NCBI GenBank assembly: GCA_020723185.1
Contig: DYJI01000007.1
Span: forward strand, 59,003-123,002
Length of the DNA: 64,000 nucleotides
From: Sideroxydans lithotrophicus
Lineage (GTDB): Bacteria; Pseudomonadota; Gammaproteobacteria; Burkholderiales; Gallionellaceae
Direction: 5' to 3'
Of this stretch, positions 1-9,827 are shown piece after piece. The notes under the pieces are model-generated. The model was not told where the DNA came from. It made no database searches and was given only the letters and a program-made list of their open reading frames with translations. The translations under genes were made by a program, and so were the position numbers. Each line of letters begins with the position of its first letter. Positions within the stretch are counted from its first letter, which is position 1.

Positions 1-1493
1 ACCCGGACGACCTGTTCGTGGACAAGGATGGCAACCCGGTGCGTCTGGACAAGGGCTTCTCATGGGAATATCCGCTGTCCGCACACGGCCTGATGCATAA
101 CGTGATCACCAATGCCTGGCGCGGCGATCCGTACAAGATCGACACGCTGCTGCTGTTCATGGCCAACATGGCATGGAACTCTTCCATGAACACCAGCGAA
201 GTGCGCAAGATGCTCACCGACAAGGATGAGAATGGCGAGTACAAGATCCCCAACATCGTGGTGTGTGATGCGTTCCATTCCGAGACCACGGCCTTCGCTG
301 ACCTGATCCTGCCGGATACGACCTACCTCGAACGCCACGACGTGATGTCCATGCTGGACCGTCCGATCTCCGAGTTCGATGGCCCGGTGGATTCGGTGCG
401 CATCCCGGTGATGCCGCGCACCGGCGAATGCCGTCCGTTCCAGGAAGTGCTGATCGAACTGGGGACACGTTTGAAGCTGCCTGCCTTCGTGACGGCGGAC
501 GGGGCACGCAAGTATCGCGATTACCCCGACTTCATCGTCAACTGGGAGACCGCGCCGGGTTCCGGCATCGGCTTCCTTTCCGGCTGGCGCGGCAAGGGCG
601 GCGAGAAGAGCATGAAGGGGGAGCCGAACCCGAACCAGTGGGAGATGTATGCCAAGAACGACTGCGTGCACCACGAGGTGCTGCCGCGTTCCTATCAGTT
701 CATGCGCAACTGGAACCAGGGTTATCTGGAGTGGTCGCAGCGCAACGGCATCACGCGCTATTCCGAGCCCATCCTCATCCACCTGTATTCCGAGGTGCTG
801 CAGAAATTCCGTCTCGCAGCCCAGGGCAAGAGCATCACGCGCCAGCCGCCCAAGCATCTGGCCAAACGCGTCGAGACCTATTTCGATCCGCTGCCGTTTT
901 ACTACGAGCCGCTGGAGACGCAGGCCAGTGACAAGCAGAAGTATCCGCTGTCCGCCGTGACGCAGCGTCCGATGGCGATGTATCACTCGTGGGATTCGCA
1001 GAACGCCTGGTTGCGCCAGATCCACGCGCACAACTATCTGTATGTGAACGCACAGACCGCGAAGAACGCCGGCATCGCCGATGGCGACTGGATCTGGTGC
1101 GAATCGCAATGGGGCAAGGTGCGCTGCATGGCGCGTTACAGCGAGTCGGTGGAGCCGGGCACGGTATGGACCTGGAACGCCATCGGCAAGGCCGCCGGTG
1201 CGTGGAACCTGACGCCCGACGCGAACGAATCGCAGCAGGGCTTCCTGCTCAATCACGTGATCTCGGAAGAGTTGCCGGCGCAAGCCGACGGCAAGCGCTT
1301 CTCCAACTCCGACCCGATCACCGGTCAGGCGGCGTGGTATGACGTGCGCGTGCGCATCTACAAGGCGGAAGATGGCGAGCCGCATCACACCTCACCGCAG
1401 TTCCCTCCCATGAAGGTCTATCCAGGAATGAAACAGCGTCCGAACTGGCTGGCTTACTTTTCCGGCCTCAAGAAGAAAGGCGGTGCGAAATGA
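1..1493 (+). CDS. soeA: Molybdopterin oxidoreductase catalytic subunit, SoeA-like sulfite:quinone oxidoreductase (5'-partial)
   Basis: Frame is open from nt 3. Has DMSO-reductase-family motifs (ADLILPDTTYLERHD; C-terminal TQRPMAMYHSWDSQNAWLRQI) and is followed by SoeB/SoeC-like genes. Confidence 0.85.
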   Translation, partial: PDDLFVDKDGNPVRLDKGFSWEYPLSAHGLMHNVITNAWRGDPYKIDTLLLFMANMAWNSSMNTSEVRKMLTDKDENGEYKIPNIVVCDAFHSETTAFADLILPDTTYLERHDVMSMLDRPISEFDGPVDSVRIPVMPRTGECRPFQEVLIELGTRLKLPAFVTADGARKYRDYPDFIVNWETAPGSGIGFLSGWRGKGGEKSMKGEPNPNQWEMYAKNDCVHHEVLPRSYQFMRNWNQGYLEWSQRNGITRYSEPILIHLYSEVLQKFRLAAQGKSITRQPPKHLAKRVETYFDPLPFYYEPLETQASDKQKYPLSAVTQRPMAMYHSWDSQNAWLRQIHAHNYLYVNAQTAKNAGIADGDWIWCESQWGKVRCMARYSESVEPGTVWTWNAIGKAAGAWNLTPDANESQQGFLLNHVISEELPAQADGKRFSNSDPITGQAAWYDVRVRIYKAEDGEPHHTSPQFPPMKVYPGMKQRPNWLAYFSGLKKKGGAK

Positions 1494-2221
1494 CCCAACT
1501 CGCTCTCGTCATCGATCTGAATGTCTGCGTGGGCTGCAGTGCCTGCGTGACCAGTTGCAAGGAATGGAACACCTCCGGCTCCGCGGGTCCACTGGTGGAT
1601 GAGCGTCCCTACGGCGAGAACCCGACCGGTACGTTCTTCAATCGCGTTCAGACTTACGAAATGGGCACGTTCCCGAACAGCGAGACCATGCACTTCCCGA
1701 AATCCTGTCTGCACTGCGAAGACCCGGCCTGCGTGCCAGTGTGCCCGACCGGCGCTTCCTACAAGCGCAAGGAAGACGGCATCGTGCTGGTGGACTACGA
1801 CAAGTGCATCGGCTGCAAGTACTGCTCGTGGGCATGTCCGTACGGTGTACGCGAGTTCGATGAGCAGCAGAAGGTGATGAAGAAGTGCACCCTGTGCGTG
1901 GACCGCATCTACGACATGAGCATGCCGGAAGCAGACCGCAAGCCTTCCTGCGTGAAGGCTTGCCCGACCAGTGCGCGTCTGTTCGGCGACATCCACGACC
2001 CGGAGTCGGCAGTGTCGGTGGCGATCCGCGAAGAGGGGGGCTATGCGCTGATGCCGGAGTGGGGCACACATCCTTCCAATCACTACCTGCCGCGCCGCAA
2101 GGTGAAGATGAAGATCCATGCGGATGAACTGGAGCGTGCGGACAATCCGCTCAAGCTCGACCATCAGCTGCCCATGCCGGACAAGGACGCGTCTACGATG
2201 GACGACGCGTCGGCCTGGTAA
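1490..2221 (+). CDS. soeB: 4Fe-4S ferredoxin subunit SoeB
   Basis: Four Cys clusters (CVGCSAC, CLHCEDPAC, CIGCKYCSWACP, CTLC...CVKACP); ATGA overlap with soeA. Confidence 0.85.
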   Translation: MTQLALVIDLNVCVGCSACVTSCKEWNTSGSAGPLVDERPYGENPTGTFFNRVQTYEMGTFPNSETMHFPKSCLHCEDPACVPVCPTGASYKRKEDGIVLVDYDKCIGCKYCSWACPYGVREFDEQQKVMKKCTLCVDRIYDMSMPEADRKPSCVKACPTSARLFGDIHDPESAVSVAIREEGGYALMPEWGTHPSNHYLPRRKVKMKIHADELERADNPLKLDHQLPMPDKDASTMDDASAW

Positions 2222-2241
2222 CCAGAACAAAGCGAGACATC

Positions 2242-3225
2242 ATGAAACCAGCATTCTCTGTGATCTTTTTGACGACCCTGATCGGGGCAGGGCAAGGCCT
2301 GTTCCTGGCCCTGTTCACGCATCAGTCCTATGCGCTGTTCGGTCTGCTGCCGATGCAGTCGGATGCGTTCTACGGCTATGGCAGCGCGCTTGCGCTGCTT
2401 CTGCTGTGCGCGGGCCTGTTTGCGGCTGTGTTCCACTTGGGCAAACCCAGCTACATGTTCACGCGCGCCTGGCGCGGCATATTGCAGTGGCGCACCTCCT
2501 GGATGTCGCGCGAACTGATCGCCTTGCCGGCGTTCATGGCCGGTGTGTTCGTGTTCGGCCTGATCCATCTGACCGGTTTCCGTCCGGTCATGGTGACATT
2601 GCCCAGCGGTTTGCCCATCGACCTGTCGGTGGTCGCGGGGGTGGTGGTGACGCTGCTGGCGTTCGCGCTGTTCATCTGCACCGCGATGATCTATGCCTGC
2701 CTGCGCTTCCTGCGCGAGTGGCACACCCCGCTGACGGTCATCAACTACACCCTGATGGGCGGTTCGTCCGGCTTCATCCTGGCGGCGTTCTATGCGGCTT
2801 CGGCAGCACCGGATCAGGCGGACTTCTTCGCCGGCTGGGCCATCATCATCACCGTGCTGGCCCTGATCGGTCGTGTGGCATCGCTGATCCGCAACGCGCG
2901 CCTGAAGCCGACCTCGACCATCCAGACCGCCATCGGTGTGAAGCATCCCAAGATCACGCAGCGCTCCATGGGCGCGATGGGCGGCACATTCAACACGCGC
3001 GAGTTCTTCCACGGCAAGAGCGATGCGTTCCTGCGCGCGATCAAACCGGCTTTCCTGTTGCTGGCTTTCGTGCTGCCGCTGCTGTTGCTGGTGCTCAGCC
3101 TGTCCACGCACGCTCTGCTGGGGTTGGCGTTTATACTGCAATACATCGGGTTGTTGGCCGAGCGCTGGTTCTTCTTCGCGCAGGCCAACCATCCGCAGAA
3201 TCTCTATTACCAGACCGTAGGCTGA
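2242..3225 (+). CDS. soeC: DmsC-like membrane anchor SoeC
   Basis: Polytopic; N-terminus MKPAFSVIFLTTLIGAGQG, FHLG and SWMSRE motifs, C-terminal ERWFFFAQANHPQNLYYQ. Confidence 0.85.
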   Translation: MKPAFSVIFLTTLIGAGQGLFLALFTHQSYALFGLLPMQSDAFYGYGSALALLLLCAGLFAAVFHLGKPSYMFTRAWRGILQWRTSWMSRELIALPAFMAGVFVFGLIHLTGFRPVMVTLPSGLPIDLSVVAGVVVTLLAFALFICTAMIYACLRFLREWHTPLTVINYTLMGGSSGFILAAFYAASAAPDQADFFAGWAIIITVLALIGRVASLIRNARLKPTSTIQTAIGVKHPKITQRSMGAMGGTFNTREFFHGKSDAFLRAIKPAFLLLAFVLPLLLLVLSLSTHALLGLAFILQYIGLLAERWFFFAQANHPQNLYYQTVG

Positions 3226-3235
3226 AGCGACCCTG

Positions 3236-5032
3236 ATGGCAACTCAAACTCGTACGCGCATCTGTAAAGACTGGTTGTGCAAGATGTTTCCGTTCATGCA
3301 ATGGAAGCATCTGGTAGACAAACAATCCACCCGTGCCGACCTGATCGCGGGCCTGACGGGCGCGATGATCGTGTTGCCGCAAGGCGTCGCGTTCGCCACC
3401 ATCGCCGGTATGCCGCCGGAATACGGTCTGTATGCCGCCATGGTGCCGGCGATCATCGCCGCCCTGTTCGGTTCGAGCTGGCATCTGGTATCCGGACCGA
3501 CCACCGCCATCTCGATCGCGGTGTTCGCGGCCATGAGCCCGCTGGCCGATCCGGGTTCGCCCGAGTTCATCCGCATGGTGCTGACGCTGACCTTCCTGGT
3601 CGGTCTGTTCCAGTTGATCCTCGGGCTGGCGCGCATGGGGGTGCTGGTCAACTTCATCTCGCATACGGTGGTGATCGGTTTCACGGCCGGGGCGGCGGTG
3701 CTGATCGCGGCCAGCCAAGTGAAACATTTCTTCGGTATCGCCATCGAGCGCGGCGCGCATTTCCATGTGGTGATCGAACAACTGGTCCTGCAGCTCGGCG
3801 ACGTCAATCTGTATGTGACGTTCATCGGGGTGGTGACACTGTTGTCGGGCATATTGACCAAGCGTTTCTGGCCCAAGATGCCTTACATGATCGTGGCCAT
3901 GGTGGTCGGCAGTGTGCTGGCATGGCTGGTCAACCTCGAGTTCGGCGTGGATGCCACCCAGATCAAGACGGTCGGGGCCCTGCCTTCGCACCTGCCCCCA
4001 CTCTCCCTGCCGGATTTCTCTTACGATACGATCCGGCAAGTGCTTTTCCCGGCGCTGGTGGTGACCATGCTGGCGCTGACCGAGGCGGTCTCCATCTCGC
4101 GTGCCATCGCGGTGAAATCGGAACAGCGTATCGACGGCAACCAGGAATTCATCGGTCAGGGTCTGTCCAACCTCTTCGGCAGCTTCTTCTCCAGCTATGC
4201 ATCGTGCGGTTCGTTCAACCGTAGCGGCGTGAACTACGCGGCCGGTGCACGCACGCCGCTGGCGACGGTGTACGCCTCGATCTTCCTGCTGCTGATCCTG
4301 TTGCTGGTCGCGCCGCTGGCCGCCTTTCTGCCGACGGCGGCGATGGCGGGCATCCTGTTCCTGGTGGCCTGGGGCTTGATCGACTTCCACCACATCTCCA
4401 GCATCATGAAGACCAGCAGGAGCGAGACCGTCATCCTGTGGGTGACGCTGGTGGGGACCTTGATCGACCTGGAGAAGGGCATCTTCTTCGGCATCCTGCT
4501 GTCTTTGGCGATCTACCTGTATCGCGTGTCGAAGCCCGGCATGCGGCCAGTCGTGCCGGCCAAGGAGGAGGGTGCCTACCACTTCGTGGGCGCCGAGGAC
4601 CATGCACAATGTCCGCAGCTCTCCATCATGCGCATCAACGGCGCATTGTTCTTCGGCGCGGTCGACAACGTACGCGACCGTTTGCACCAGATCGACGAGG
4701 AGAACCCGCAGCAGAAATCGGTGCTGCTGACGGTGCGCGGTCTGACCTTCGTGGACGTGGCCGGTGCCGAGATGCTGGCCCAGGAGGCGCGCCGCCGCAA
4801 GAAAATGGGCGGCAAGGTGTATTTCTATTCGTGCAAGGAAGCGACGAAGGATTTCCTGCGAAAATCCGGTGCGATGAAAGACATCGGTGAAGAGAACTTC
4901 TTCCCGGTGATGTCGAACTGGGTCAAGCCGATCTATGCGACGCTGGACCCAGAGGTCTGCCGCAATTGCAAGGCACGCATCTTCGCAGAGTGCCACATTG
5001 CATTACCAAACGGCGAAGCAAGGAAGAATTGA
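3236..5032 (+). CDS. sulP: SulP/SLC26 sulfate-type anion permease with STAS domain
   Basis: DLIAGLTGAMIVLPQGVAFA...GLY...SGPT signature, NQEFIGQG, STAS motif LFFGA...DVAGAEML. Confidence 0.9.
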   Translation: MATQTRTRICKDWLCKMFPFMQWKHLVDKQSTRADLIAGLTGAMIVLPQGVAFATIAGMPPEYGLYAAMVPAIIAALFGSSWHLVSGPTTAISIAVFAAMSPLADPGSPEFIRMVLTLTFLVGLFQLILGLARMGVLVNFISHTVVIGFTAGAAVLIAASQVKHFFGIAIERGAHFHVVIEQLVLQLGDVNLYVTFIGVVTLLSGILTKRFWPKMPYMIVAMVVGSVLAWLVNLEFGVDATQIKTVGALPSHLPPLSLPDFSYDTIRQVLFPALVVTMLALTEAVSISRAIAVKSEQRIDGNQEFIGQGLSNLFGSFFSSYASCGSFNRSGVNYAAGARTPLATVYASIFLLLILLLVAPLAAFLPTAAMAGILFLVAWGLIDFHHISSIMKTSRSETVILWVTLVGTLIDLEKGIFFGILLSLAIYLYRVSKPGMRPVVPAKEEGAYHFVGAEDHAQCPQLSIMRINGALFFGAVDNVRDRLHQIDEENPQQKSVLLTVRGLTFVDVAGAEMLAQEARRRKKMGGKVYFYSCKEATKDFLRKSGAMKDIGEENFFPVMSNWVKPIYATLDPEVCRNCKARIFAECHIALPNGEARKN

Positions 5033-5056
5033 CGGATCATTGATGCAGGAGGCCGG

Positions 5057-7000
5057 ATGAGCAGCGAAACCAGTCATACCCGAACCATCGTTGCTGCCTT
5101 CATCTTCCTCGCCATCGGCATTTCCGCCTTCCTGCTAGCGCCCAGTCGGGAGATCGCAGTTGTTCTGAATCTGCTGCTGCTGACGGTGTTCCTGTTCGCC
5201 TTCGAGGTGGTCGGCGTGGATGTGGCGGCGGTCACCATCATGGTGTTGCTGGGGTTGATCAGTCATTTCAGTCCATCGCTCGGTCTGGCACATCCCCTTG
5301 TGGCAGGGCGCGAACTGTTCCTCGGATTCTCCGGTAACGCGGTGATCTCCATCATCGCCGTGATGATAGTCGGCGCGGGGCTGGACAAGACCGGCCTGAT
5401 GAACAAGGTCGCCGGTTTCATCCTGCGCGTGGCGGGCAGGACCGAGGCGCGCATCATCCCGGCGGTCTCCAGCAGCGTGGGTTTCATATCCAGCTTCATG
5501 CAGAACGTCGGGGCGGCCGCGTTGTTCCTGCCGGTGGTCGGTCGCGTCTCGGCGCGCACCGGCCTGCCCATGTCGCGCCTGCTGATGCCTATGGGCTTCT
5601 GCGCCATCCTCGGCGGCACCATCACCATGGTCGGTTCCAGCCCCTTGATCTTGCTCAACGACCTGATCCTGGCGACCAACAAAGGCCTGGCCCCCGAACA
5701 GCAGATGCAGACCTGGTCGCTGTTCTCGGTCACGCCGGTAGGTCTGGCATTGCTTGCTTCCGGCATCGCCTACTTCGTGCTGGCCGGACGCTATGTGTTG
5801 CCTGGTGGCGACAAGGCGAACATGAGCGGCGGCACCAATGCCATGGATTACTTCCGCCAGCTCTACGGTCTGGATTATGCGATGTACGAGGTGGAGGTGC
5901 CGATGGGCAGCCCGCTGGTCGGCCGCGTCATCAACGACATCGAACAGCCGAACCGCCTGCGGGTGATCGCCATCATGCGCGGCAGCGATGATCTGCGCAT
6001 CGGCCCGGCGCGCGACATCGAGATCGTGTCCGGTAGCGTGCTGGGGATACTCGGTGCGCCGGAACGGTTGCGGGATTTCGCGGCGGCGAACGGGTTGCAG
6101 TTGCGCGAGGAACTGGAAACCTTTGTCGAGCAATTGTCGGCGGCCAAGTCTGGTATCGCCGAGCTGGTCATCCCGCCACGATCGGAGCTGATCGGCAAGA
6201 GTGCGCGCGACCTGTGGCTGCGCAAGAAATACGGGGTCTCGCTGATGGCCCTGCATCGCGGCGGCAAGACACTGCGCGAAGGGGAAGGGGTGCGCGACAT
6301 CCCGTTCCAGTCGGGCGATGCACTGGTGGTGCACACTTCATGGGAGACGCTGGCGCACCTGCAGAAGGACAGGAACTTCGTGATCATCACTACCGAGTTC
6401 CCGCGCGAGGAGCTGCGTCCGCACAAGGTGAAAGCGGCGTTGGGCAGTTTCCTGCTGGCATTGGTGCTGATCTTGTTCACCGATATCACCCTCTCCGTCG
6501 CGTTGATGACGGGTGCCATCGGCATGATCCTGTTGCGCGTGCTCAGTATCGATGAGGCGTATCGGGCGGTGAGCTGGAAATCAGTGTTCCTGCTGGCCAG
6601 CCTGATCCCGCTCGGCCTCGCGGTCGAGACCAGCGGCACGGCAAGATGGATCGCCGAGCAGACCTTGTCCGTTCTGGGCGACATGCCGATCTGGACGATC
6701 CAGCTGGCGATCGTCATTCTGGCTACGTTCTTCACGCTGGTGATGTCGAACGTGGGTGCCACGGTGCTGCTGGTGCCGCTGGCGGTGAACATCGCGATCG
6801 GTGCTGGTGCCGATCCGGCGGTGTTCGCGCTGACCGTGGCGCTGGCGACTTCCAATTCTTTCTTCCTGCCGACGCATCAGGTCAACGCGCTGCTGATGGG
6901 GCCGGGCGGTTACCGTGTGGTGGACTACATGCGCGCCGGCGGGGTGATGACGATACTGTTCATCGTCGTGCTGATGGTCATGTTGAATTTGATCTTCTGA
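5057..7000 (+). CDS. SLC13/CitT-family anion permease with two TrkA-C domains
   Basis: SSFMQNVGAA, GGTITMVGSSPLI and MSNVGA...PTHQVNALLMGPGGY motifs; central soluble TrkA-C-like region. Confidence 0.85.
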   Translation: MSSETSHTRTIVAAFIFLAIGISAFLLAPSREIAVVLNLLLLTVFLFAFEVVGVDVAAVTIMVLLGLISHFSPSLGLAHPLVAGRELFLGFSGNAVISIIAVMIVGAGLDKTGLMNKVAGFILRVAGRTEARIIPAVSSSVGFISSFMQNVGAAALFLPVVGRVSARTGLPMSRLLMPMGFCAILGGTITMVGSSPLILLNDLILATNKGLAPEQQMQTWSLFSVTPVGLALLASGIAYFVLAGRYVLPGGDKANMSGGTNAMDYFRQLYGLDYAMYEVEVPMGSPLVGRVINDIEQPNRLRVIAIMRGSDDLRIGPARDIEIVSGSVLGILGAPERLRDFAAANGLQLREELETFVEQLSAAKSGIAELVIPPRSELIGKSARDLWLRKKYGVSLMALHRGGKTLREGEGVRDIPFQSGDALVVHTSWETLAHLQKDRNFVIITTEFPREELRPHKVKAALGSFLLALVLILFTDITLSVALMTGAIGMILLRVLSIDEAYRAVSWKSVFLLASLIPLGLAVETSGTARWIAEQTLSVLGDMPIWTIQLAIVILATFFTLVMSNVGATVLLVPLAVNIAIGAGADPAVFALTVALATSNSFFLPTHQVNALLMGPGGYRVVDYMRAGGVMTILFIVVLMVMLNLIF

Positions 7001-7020
7001 ATTCGGACGATCAGGGAGGG

Positions 7021-7039
7021 ATAGCCCGAAAGGGTTATT
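7021..7039 (+). terminator. Possible hairpin terminator after the transporter genes
   Basis: ATAGCCC-GAAA-GGGTTAT stem-loop; U tract weak. Confidence 0.4.
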
Positions 7040-7132
7040 AATGGCGACACTTGCTGGTTATGGACGCGATTTGGGGGCTGGTATCAAATGGCCCTTCGAT
7101 CAGTAGTCCTTATTTTGTCAACAGGGGGCTGG

Positions 7133-7609
7133 ATGCATAGCTGTAAGGATGTGGATAGCGGACGTCGACAGGCACTCAAAACCGGCGGTGGTCTGGGCGT
7201 ACTGGGGCTGTTCGCCATGCTCGGTCTGTTGCCTCCCTCAGCATTCGCCGGGGCCGATCGCAAGGCGTTCGAGCACAAGACGCTGAACGAGGCGCTCGAT
7301 GCATTGGGTGGCCAGATCGCCGGAGAGAATCCACTCATCACGCTGACTGCGCCCGATGTCGCCGAGAACGGTGCGCTGGTGCCGGTGACCGTCGAGAGCA
7401 CTCTGGCCGATGTCGAGCAGATCTCCATCCTGGCCGACCGCAATCCCACCATGCTGATCGCGCACTACACCCTGCCCAAGGGCACCGATCCCTATCTCTC
7501 CACTCGCATCCGCATGGCCGAGACGTCGAATGTGATCGTGCTGGTCAAGGCGGGCGGGCGTTTCTATCGCGCATCCAAACAAGTCAAAGTCACGGCGGGG
7601 GGGTGCTGA
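7133..7609 (+). CDS. soxY: Sulfur carrier SoxY (Tat signal; C-terminus ends GGC)
   Basis: SGRRQALK Tat motif, APDVAENGALVPV, TRIRMAETSNV, KVTAGGC-stop. Start placed at ATG 7133 (GTG 7151 is an alternative). Confidence 0.85.
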   Translation: MHSCKDVDSGRRQALKTGGGLGVLGLFAMLGLLPPSAFAGADRKAFEHKTLNEALDALGGQIAGENPLITLTAPDVAENGALVPVTVESTLADVEQISILADRNPTMLIAHYTLPKGTDPYLSTRIRMAETSNVIVLVKAGGRFYRASKQVKVTAGGC

Positions 7610-7923
7610 TGTCTACACCTTCCAAAATGCGCGCATCGCTCAAGGACGGCGGTTACGTCGAAGTCAGGATGTTGATGTACCACGAAATGGAGAACGGCCG
7701 TCGCAAGGATGAAGCCGGCAATATCGTGCCAGCCTGGCATATCACTGAATTCAGGGTGCAACATCTGGGACGGACCGTGCTGGAAGGACAGTTCGGTACC
7801 TCCGTGTCGAAGAATCCGTATCTGGTCTTCCGCTTCCGGGGCGGGAACAAAGGGGACAAGCTGTCCCTTTGGTGGCAGGACAACCGGGGTGACAGTCGCG
7901 TGGATGACGCGGTCATCGATTGA
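7609..7923 (+). CDS. soxZ: Sulfur carrier SoxZ
   Basis: HEMENGRRKD, SVSKNPYLVFRFRG, WQDNRG motifs; TGATG overlap with the soxY stop. Confidence 0.88.
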   Translation: MSTPSKMRASLKDGGYVEVRMLMYHEMENGRRKDEAGNIVPAWHITEFRVQHLGRTVLEGQFGTSVSKNPYLVFRFRGGNKGDKLSLWWQDNRGDSRVDDAVID

Positions 7924-7994
7924 CCAGGGCAGGTGCCGCCGCCGGGCGGGGAATGCAGTGATTGTCGTTCAATTCAATTCAGGGAGGTTTGACT

Positions 7995-8303
7995 ATGATT
8001 TCGCTACGAATGCTATTGGTCGTCATCGGGCTGGGCTTGTGCTCCGTCGCGCAGGCGGCAGGGGTCGATAATCACGCGCGCAACATGGCGGCATCCTGTT
8101 CCGCCTGCCACGGAACGGATGGCTACAGCGAAGGTGGCATGCCCGTGATCGCGGGTATGGATAAAAAGCTGTTCGTTACCACAATGAAGGACTTCAAGTC
8201 CGGTGCGCGTCCGGCCACTGTCATGCACCAGCACGCCAAGGGTTATTCCGACGAGCAGATCGAGATGCTCGCGAAGTTCTTCGCCGCGCAGAAGCGCAAG
8301 TGA
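7995..8303 (+). CDS. fccA: Monoheme cytochrome c subunit of flavocytochrome c sulfide dehydrogenase
   Basis: Signal peptide, CSACH heme motif, TVMHQHAKGY; GGAGG RBS upstream; adjacent to fccB. Confidence 0.8.
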   Translation: MISLRMLLVVIGLGLCSVAQAAGVDNHARNMAASCSACHGTDGYSEGGMPVIAGMDKKLFVTTMKDFKSGARPATVMHQHAKGYSDEQIEMLAKFFAAQKRK

Positions 8304-8338
8304 TGCTGTGCCAACCAGACCGATAGAGGGAGAACAAT

Positions 8339-9616
8339 ATGTCATTCAGTCGTCGTGATTTTCTGAAGGCCGGTGTCGCCGGTATCGCAATCGGATCGTT
8401 CCCTGGACTGGCTTTTGCATCCAGCGAACTGGTCAAGAAGAAAGGCCAGCGTGTGGTGGTGGTGGGTGGCGGTTTCGGCGGTGCTACCGCTGCCAAGTAC
8501 ATCCGCAAATGGAGCAAGAACAAGATCGAGGTGGTGTTGGTCGAGCGTAATGCCAATTTCATCTCCTGCCCGATGAGCAACACCGTGCTCGGCGGCACCC
8601 GCAAGATCGAAGACCTGACCATGAGCTATGGTACGCTGCAGAAGAAGTACGGCGTGAAGCTGATCAAGGGCGAGGTCACTGCCATCGATCCGGAGAAGAA
8701 GAAAGTCATGCTGGCGGACGGCCATCTCAGCTATGACCGCCTGATCGTTTCGCCCGGTGTCGACTTCATGTTCGACAAGGTCGAGGGGCTGGATGCCAAG
8801 GTGGCGAGCGAGAGCATCCCGCACGCCTGGAAGGCCGGGGCGCAGACCGTCCTGTTGCGCAAGCAACTGGAACAGATGGCGGACGGCGGCGTGTTCGCCC
8901 TCGCCATCCCGAAAGGTCCCTATCGTTGCCCGCCGGGACCGTATGAGCGGGCCTGCCAGGTGGCGAGCTACCTGAAGGAGCACAAGCCCAAGTCCAAGGT
9001 GCTGGTGCTGGATGCCAATCCGGACATCGTCTCCAAGAAGGGGCTGTTCATGGCGGCGTGGAACGAGCTGTATCCGGGCATGGTGGAATACCGTCCGAAC
9101 TCCATGGTGCTGGGTGTCGATGTGGCGACCAAGACGGCCAAGACCGAATTCGATGATGTGAAGGCGGACGTGCTGAACGTCATTCCGCCGATGCGTTCGG
9201 GTGTGGTGGCGGACATGGCAGGGTTGGCCAATGTCGATGCGCGCTGGTGCGGGGTGGATTTTCTGAGCTATGAATCCAAGGTGCACCAGAACATCCACGT
9301 CATTGGTGATGCTGTGTCGGCCGCGTTGCCGAAGTCGGGACATATGGCGACCTCGCAGGCCAAGATCTGTGCGGCGGCGGTGATCGAGATGATGAGCGGC
9401 AAGCCGGTCGATCAAGCACCCGTCATCGCCAACACCTGCTACAGCATGGTCAGCGGCGAAGAGGCGATGCATGTGGCGAACGTGTACCACTTCAACGCCG
9501 AGAAGATGGCGATGGTGCCGGCGGAGGGCGGTGGGGTGTCGGCCACGCGCTCTGAAATGGAGGGCGCATTCGCCGGTTACTGGCTGAAGAACATCCTCAA
9601 CGACGTATTGCTCTGA
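8339..9616 (+). CDS. fccB: Flavocytochrome c sulfide dehydrogenase flavoprotein (FccB/SoxF)
   Basis: Tat signal SRRDFLK, VVVVGGGFGG FAD motif, CPMSN, CPPGPYERA, NTCYS. Confidence 0.9.
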   Translation: MSFSRRDFLKAGVAGIAIGSFPGLAFASSELVKKKGQRVVVVGGGFGGATAAKYIRKWSKNKIEVVLVERNANFISCPMSNTVLGGTRKIEDLTMSYGTLQKKYGVKLIKGEVTAIDPEKKKVMLADGHLSYDRLIVSPGVDFMFDKVEGLDAKVASESIPHAWKAGAQTVLLRKQLEQMADGGVFALAIPKGPYRCPPGPYERACQVASYLKEHKPKSKVLVLDANPDIVSKKGLFMAAWNELYPGMVEYRPNSMVLGVDVATKTAKTEFDDVKADVLNVIPPMRSGVVADMAGLANVDARWCGVDFLSYESKVHQNIHVIGDAVSAALPKSGHMATSQAKICAAAVIEMMSGKPVDQAPVIANTCYSMVSGEEAMHVANVYHFNAEKMAMVPAEGGGVSATRSEMEGAFAGYWLKNILNDVLL

Positions 9617-9625
9617 TGTTCCATT

Positions 9626-9675
9626 ACGCCCCCGCCGCGACGGCTTGCCGCGCGTGGCGGGGGCGTTTCTTTTTT
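9626..9675 (+). terminator. Rho-independent terminator after fccB
   Basis: ACGCCCCCGCCGCG...CGTGGCGGGGGCGT stem followed by TTCTTTTTT. Confidence 0.75.
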
Positions 9676-9735
9676 GCCTCGAGGGTGTGTCCCAATCATA
9701 ACTCCTACGGGTTACCTGTTTCACCCGTCGTGGCT

Positions 9736-9767
9736 ATGGACGTCCATGCAAGGTATATCCCTATAAT
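9736..9767 (+). promoter_or_regulatory. Candidate tusA-dsrE2 promoter: TATAAT -10 with a 12-bp palindrome at the -35 position
   Basis: ATGGACGTCCAT (9736-9747) is a perfect palindrome; TATAAT at 9762-9767. Confidence 0.5.
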
Positions 9768-9827
9768 GCAAGTCAGGTTTTGTGCGGCGACGCACTATTT
9801 TCGTAAACAACGAGTAGGAGAGAAACA

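Noticed and set aside
7042-7054. TGGC...TTGC as a sigma54 promoter for soxY
   Set aside because: The GG-to-GC spacing is 8 nt rather than 10.
7594-7609. G-run at the end of soxY as a frameshift hiding GGCGG
   Set aside because: The frame gives AGGC correctly, and the stop overlaps the soxZ start; no GG codons follow in other frames.
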